Of a stretch of DNA of 19,141 nt, positions 15,651 to 19,141 are shown one piece after another. Position 1 is the stretch's first letter. Every line of letters begins with the position of its first letter. Source of the DNA: Promethearchaeota archaeon. GTDB taxonomy: Archaea > Asgardarchaeota > Lokiarchaeia > Sigyniarchaeales > SOKP01. Under the pieces are notes generated by a model. It did no database searches and was not told where the DNA came from. It worked only from the letters and a program-made list of their open reading frames with translations. Position numbers and translations under genes: made by a program. Where the stretch lies: positions 1 through 19,141 of the forward strand of contig JBHLNT010000073.1 of assembly GCA_048941265.1 (NCBI GenBank). Direction: 5' to 3'.

Positions 15651-18014
15651 CTAATCTTTGCTATTCTCTAACGCTTCCTTGCGCATTTCTTCGAGAATTC
15701 GCGCCTTTCTCTTATTTTTGTATTTAATTAATCCAATAATTATGATTGGAGCAGAAATACCAATGATAATAATTACAATGATTATGGTTATTAGAGAAGA
15801 TGTTTCAGGACAATCTTCAACAACATTATTTTCGAAGGTATTTCCTTCGCAGTCCTCTTCGTAAATTCCCTGTACATTACAAATGAACTTATTTCCTTTA
15901 ATTACGTTATTATCGCTCATATGCAAGTGAATACCATAATAATTATAATTCGCCTCGTTATTTTTAATTGTATTATCATCGCTTAAAAATAAATGTATTC
16001 CACTTTCCTCGTTCTTATTTGCTTCATTGTCTTTTAATGTATTTTCATTACTAAAGCGTAGATAAAAACCATCTTCGCCATTCTTATTTGCTTCGTTTCC
16101 TTCTAAAGTATTTTCATCGCTAGTTGATAAATATATTCCATTATTATCATTATTTTTTGCTTCATTGTCGTTAATATCATTATTATCGCAGCCAGTGAAA
16201 TATATTCCATTATTATCATTATCATTTGCCTTGTTTTTTGAAATTATATTATCATCGCTGGAAGACAAGTAGATTCCATTATCTCCATTATCTTCAGCGG
16301 TGTTGTATGAAATCGTAGACGCGTCTATTTTAGATATATAAATTCCATTAAATTCATTATTTAATACAATATTACCCGAAATTATACTAATTTGACCAGA
16401 ATTGAATTTTAAACCTACATATCTGTTATTGCTAGCAGTATTACTTGATATTGTTGAAAAATCACACTGATAAATGTTTATACCATAATAAGTACAGCTT
16501 GTTACGATATTTCCATTAATAGTCATAGTTCCGCAATCCCATATATACATTCCTTCTCTACTATAAGATATTATATTACTGGAAACTTTGGTGCCTGTGC
16601 TATTATATATTATTAATCCGTAATAACTATTAATGGCAAAAGTGTTATGATTAACATAGCTATTCTTATCAGTATTTAAATATACTCCATAAGAATTATG
16701 TTCTACTTTATTATTCGAAACATTGTTCTCAATACCATCAATAATATATATACCGTAATCACCGTTATTCGTGATATTATTTGATGAAATTGTAGTGTTA
16801 TCGCTTTTAAATAAATAAATACCATATTTAGTATTATAAGAAGCATTATTGTGAGACAGAGTATTGTTATTACTATAAAACAATGATATACCTACTGATC
16901 CGTGAGTAGTCTTTGTATTTGTTATTAATGAATCGGTACAATTAACTAATATTATTTGCCCAGCATCAGTAAAATTGTTACCACCTAAATCTATTTCATT
17001 TTTATAAAAGTATAATTGTCTTCCATTAATGAAATTAGTATCATCGATCTCATGTGAAAATATTTCTTGAAATATAGCAATAGATACGAATAATCCACAT
17101 TTACTCATATTATTATTTGTAATCGTTATATTTTGGCAATTCTTTAAAAAAATACCATAAATAAGATTCTCACTTGCATTATTTCCAGATATATGAGTAA
17201 AATTGCTTAATTCTAAAAATATCCCATCTTTAATATTATTATTAGCGTCATTAGCAGTGATATTATCATTAAAACAATGTTCCAATCGTATTCCATAATT
17301 GCTTCCTTCGAAAAAATTTCCCACAATAGTGTTGTTTGCAGAATTTTCACAAATTAAACCGTTTTCACCATTATCAGTAGCATTATTCCCAATAATTGTA
17401 TTATTATCGCTAAAATCTAGATAAAGACCATTATCTCCATTTTTTGTTAGATTATTCCCTGAAATCAATGTAAAATTACTATATCTTAGTATAATTCCAT
17501 TGGCAGTATTCTCATTTACATCATTATCTGTAATAGTAATATTGTTACATTTGTTTAAATAAATCCCAATAAGGTTGTCTGTACAATTATTATTAACTAA
17601 GGTTCCATTATTAACGTTAATTAATTTAATTCCTGAATCAGAACTTTTACTTCCAGAATTAAATACTGTACAATTATCTATCACAAAATAATCAGAACAG
17701 TTTTCGATTATTATTCCACTACCAGATCCCTGTGCATTAATTGTCATATTTTCAAGAATGTAAGGATCATTTGCATATCCATTACCATTTATCCACCCCA
17801 AACTTACAGCATTAGTCCAATTGTCGTTTAAGATATATATAGTAGTAAAATTATTCCATGATTTCGAACTTTTTAAATCTATTTCTTCACTAACACTGCC
17901 ATTTATATTAGTATACTCTTTATCAGTTCCAGGAAGGTAAGAAAATACATTTAACAAGATAAGGGAGATTCCCGACGTGATTAATAATATCTTTCTTTTC
18001 GCTTTTGAATTCAA
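15651..18014 (-). CDS. Membrane-anchored right-handed parallel beta-helix (NosD/CASH-type) surface protein
   Basis: N-terminal KRK plus hydrophobic segment, GNG...DPYILEN, many N..GI.L..S.NN.I..N repeats, C-terminal Ile-rich TM helix followed by a basic tail; many N-x-S/T sequons. Confidence 0.88.
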   Translation of the reverse strand: MNSKAKRKILLITSGISLILLNVFSYLPGTDKEYTNINGSVSEEIDLKSSKSWNNFTTIYILNDNWTNAVSLGWINGNGYANDPYILENMTINAQGSGSGIIIENCSDYFVIDNCTVFNSGSKSSDSGIKLINVNNGTLVNNNCTDNLIGIYLNKCNNITITDNDVNENTANGIILRYSNFTLISGNNLTKNGDNGLYLDFSDNNTIIGNNATDNGENGLICENSANNTIVGNFFEGSNYGIRLEHCFNDNITANDANNNIKDGIFLELSNFTHISGNNASENLIYGIFLKNCQNITITNNNMSKCGLFVSIAIFQEIFSHEIDDTNFINGRQLYFYKNEIDLGGNNFTDAGQIILVNCTDSLITNTKTTHGSVGISLFYSNNNTLSHNNASYNTKYGIYLFKSDNTTISSNNITNNGDYGIYIIDGIENNVSNNKVEHNSYGVYLNTDKNSYVNHNTFAINSYYGLIIYNSTGTKVSSNIISYSREGMYIWDCGTMTINGNIVTSCTYYGINIYQCDFSTISSNTASNNRYVGLKFNSGQISIISGNIVLNNEFNGIYISKIDASTISYNTAEDNGDNGIYLSSSDDNIISKNKANDNDNNGIYFTGCDNNDINDNEAKNNDNNGIYLSTSDENTLEGNEANKNGEDGFYLRFSNENTLKDNEANKNEESGIHLFLSDDNTIKNNEANYNYYGIHLHMSDNNVIKGNKFICNVQGIYEEDCEGNTFENNVVEDCPETSSLITIIIVIIIIGISAPIIIIGLIKYKNKRKARILEEMRKEALENSKD
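15925..16360 (-). repeat. Intragenic 69-nt (23-aa) degenerate tandem repeats
   Basis: TATATTCCATTATTATCATTAT recurs at 16132 and 16201 (69 nt apart). Peptide units such as NDNDNNGIYFTGCDNNDINDNEA and KNNDNNGIYLSTSDENTLEGNEA. Boundaries approximate. Confidence 0.7.
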
Positions 18015-18194
18015 TTTTAATCTAACTATTGTAATTAAAATCTTAATATGTTTAATCTATTGAATAAGTATATTTAAACGTTATCTTAATTATTCAGCAG
18101 AATTTTAACTACACTTACTTAAAGCCCCTCTTTTTATTAGATCTAATTCTTATATCGTTTTCAGTTAAATTTTCATTAATAAGTATGATTTTCA

Positions 18195-19007
18195 TCATTC
18201 TTTTATTAGGCTGTACTTCAGTCCATATTGTTTAAAGATCTTTGTCCCTCCTCCTTCTTGTAAGACTTTTATTGTAGAGTCACTGTCTAAGATTTTCATT
18301 CCCGAAACAATGTCAACTCCCTGGTCAAACAATATGTCTGGGAACATACTTGCTGTTGGTCCTATAACTATGATTTGTTGGGCTTTTCTCTTGAACTTTT
18401 CTAATACTTCCTCCATTGTATTGTTAATTAATGCTGTTCCTGTGCAAAACAAGACGTTTGTTGCTAATTCTTCTTCTTTTAACTGATTTATATCAGAGGC
18501 AATTTTAAATCTTTTAAATGATGCAAGTTCTGAAATGCTGTTATCTACAATGATTATGGAGTCAGAAATTTTGCCTATCTTTCGAATTAAGGGTTTAATC
18601 TCACCGATAAAAATGATTTTCGAATTTTTATTAATCTCAAGAAGATCCATCAAATCTTCTTCAAGTTTTCGGTAAGGATTGATTATTTCGAGAATATGTT
18701 GAGACATTGCATTTAAAGTTGCAATACCAATTATTTTTTGTAAACTTGGAGGTCTACAGGTTCAATCTAATAGTTCAGATAGAGGTCTATTCGTAAGGTT
18801 TCCTGCTAAATTAAGCTTTGTAAAGATATTACTCTTAATTTCACTATGTAATGTATAGGCCAACCCCAAAAAAGGGCTATATGAGAGAGCATAAAGTTCC
18901 ACTCCTGTATAACCTAAACCTAATACCACTCTATTGACTTTTGGAGGGATTATTTTATGATATTTGTATATACTTCTCACAAGTTCAACTGTTTTTTCTA
19001 ATATCAT
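18195..19007 (-). pseudogene. DUF364/DUF4213 Rossmann-like (putative metal-chelation) protein interrupted by one in-frame TGA at codon 82; 270 aa if read through
   Basis: The listed ORFs 18762..19007 and 18195..18707 share a frame: ...LSELLD*TCRPPSLQKIIGIATLNAMSQH... Family-like motifs TGTALINNT and IGPTASMFPDILF..GV..VSG are present. Confidence 0.7.
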
Positions 19008-19141
19008 AGTAAAGTTTATTGAATTTTCTTTCTGCTATGATAATGAAATATTTTCTTATTAAGAATAAATCGTATTATACTTTTTTTAAAGTATTTCTAT
19101 AATTAAAAAGATAAATATTAAAATTAAACATGAATCCATAT

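Noticed and set aside
653-15864. Antisense ORFs in the track (653..1048, 1487..1684, 2017..2268, 3259..3534, 5279..5731, 5754..6059, 6678..6950, 9366..9716, 9801..10187, 11346..11675, 15296..15562, 15658..15864)
   Set aside because: Shadows overlapping well-supported genes on the opposite strand, with no recognisable motifs.
15925-16360. Periodic repeats as a CRISPR array
   Set aside because: They are in-frame, degenerate coding repeats without unique spacers, and no cas genes are present.
18090-18180. Possible SECIS downstream of the DUF364-like gene (AUGA-AAAUUUAACU...AGUUAAAAUU)
   Set aside because: AU-only imperfect stem, loop of roughly 50 nt and no correctly placed 3' GA.
1-19141. Genome-wide TGA reassignment (genetic code 4 or 25)
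   Set aside because: Long genes (helicase, aor, beta-helix) contain no internal TGA and encode Trp as TGG; internal TGAs are confined to five sites.

Overview
AT-rich archaeal window, most consistent with an Asgard (Lokiarchaeia-like) genome; this is inferred from GGTGA ribosome-binding sites, gene content and a eukaryote-type SECIS. The core is a minus-strand redox cluster: an AOR-family oxidoreductase with its Fe-S subunit, then HdrA, MvhD, an FdhB/FrhB-like protein, a polyferredoxin and a bacterial-type class I GAPDH. The ORF track fragments hdrA and mvhD because each has two in-frame TGA codons, all four at conserved Cys positions. A single AUGA..AA..GA eukaryote-like SECIS hairpin lies just after mvhD, so one SECIS may recode four selenocysteines across two cistrons. 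A 38-bp element (34/38 identical) sits upstream of both hdrA and aor. The rest of the window holds a partial GNAT, a reductive-dehalogenase/QueG-like protein, a GPH-family MFS transporter, a RapA-like SNF2 ATPase, a membrane-anchored NosD-type beta-helix protein and a DUF364-like gene interrupted by a fifth in-frame TGA that is probably not Sec.
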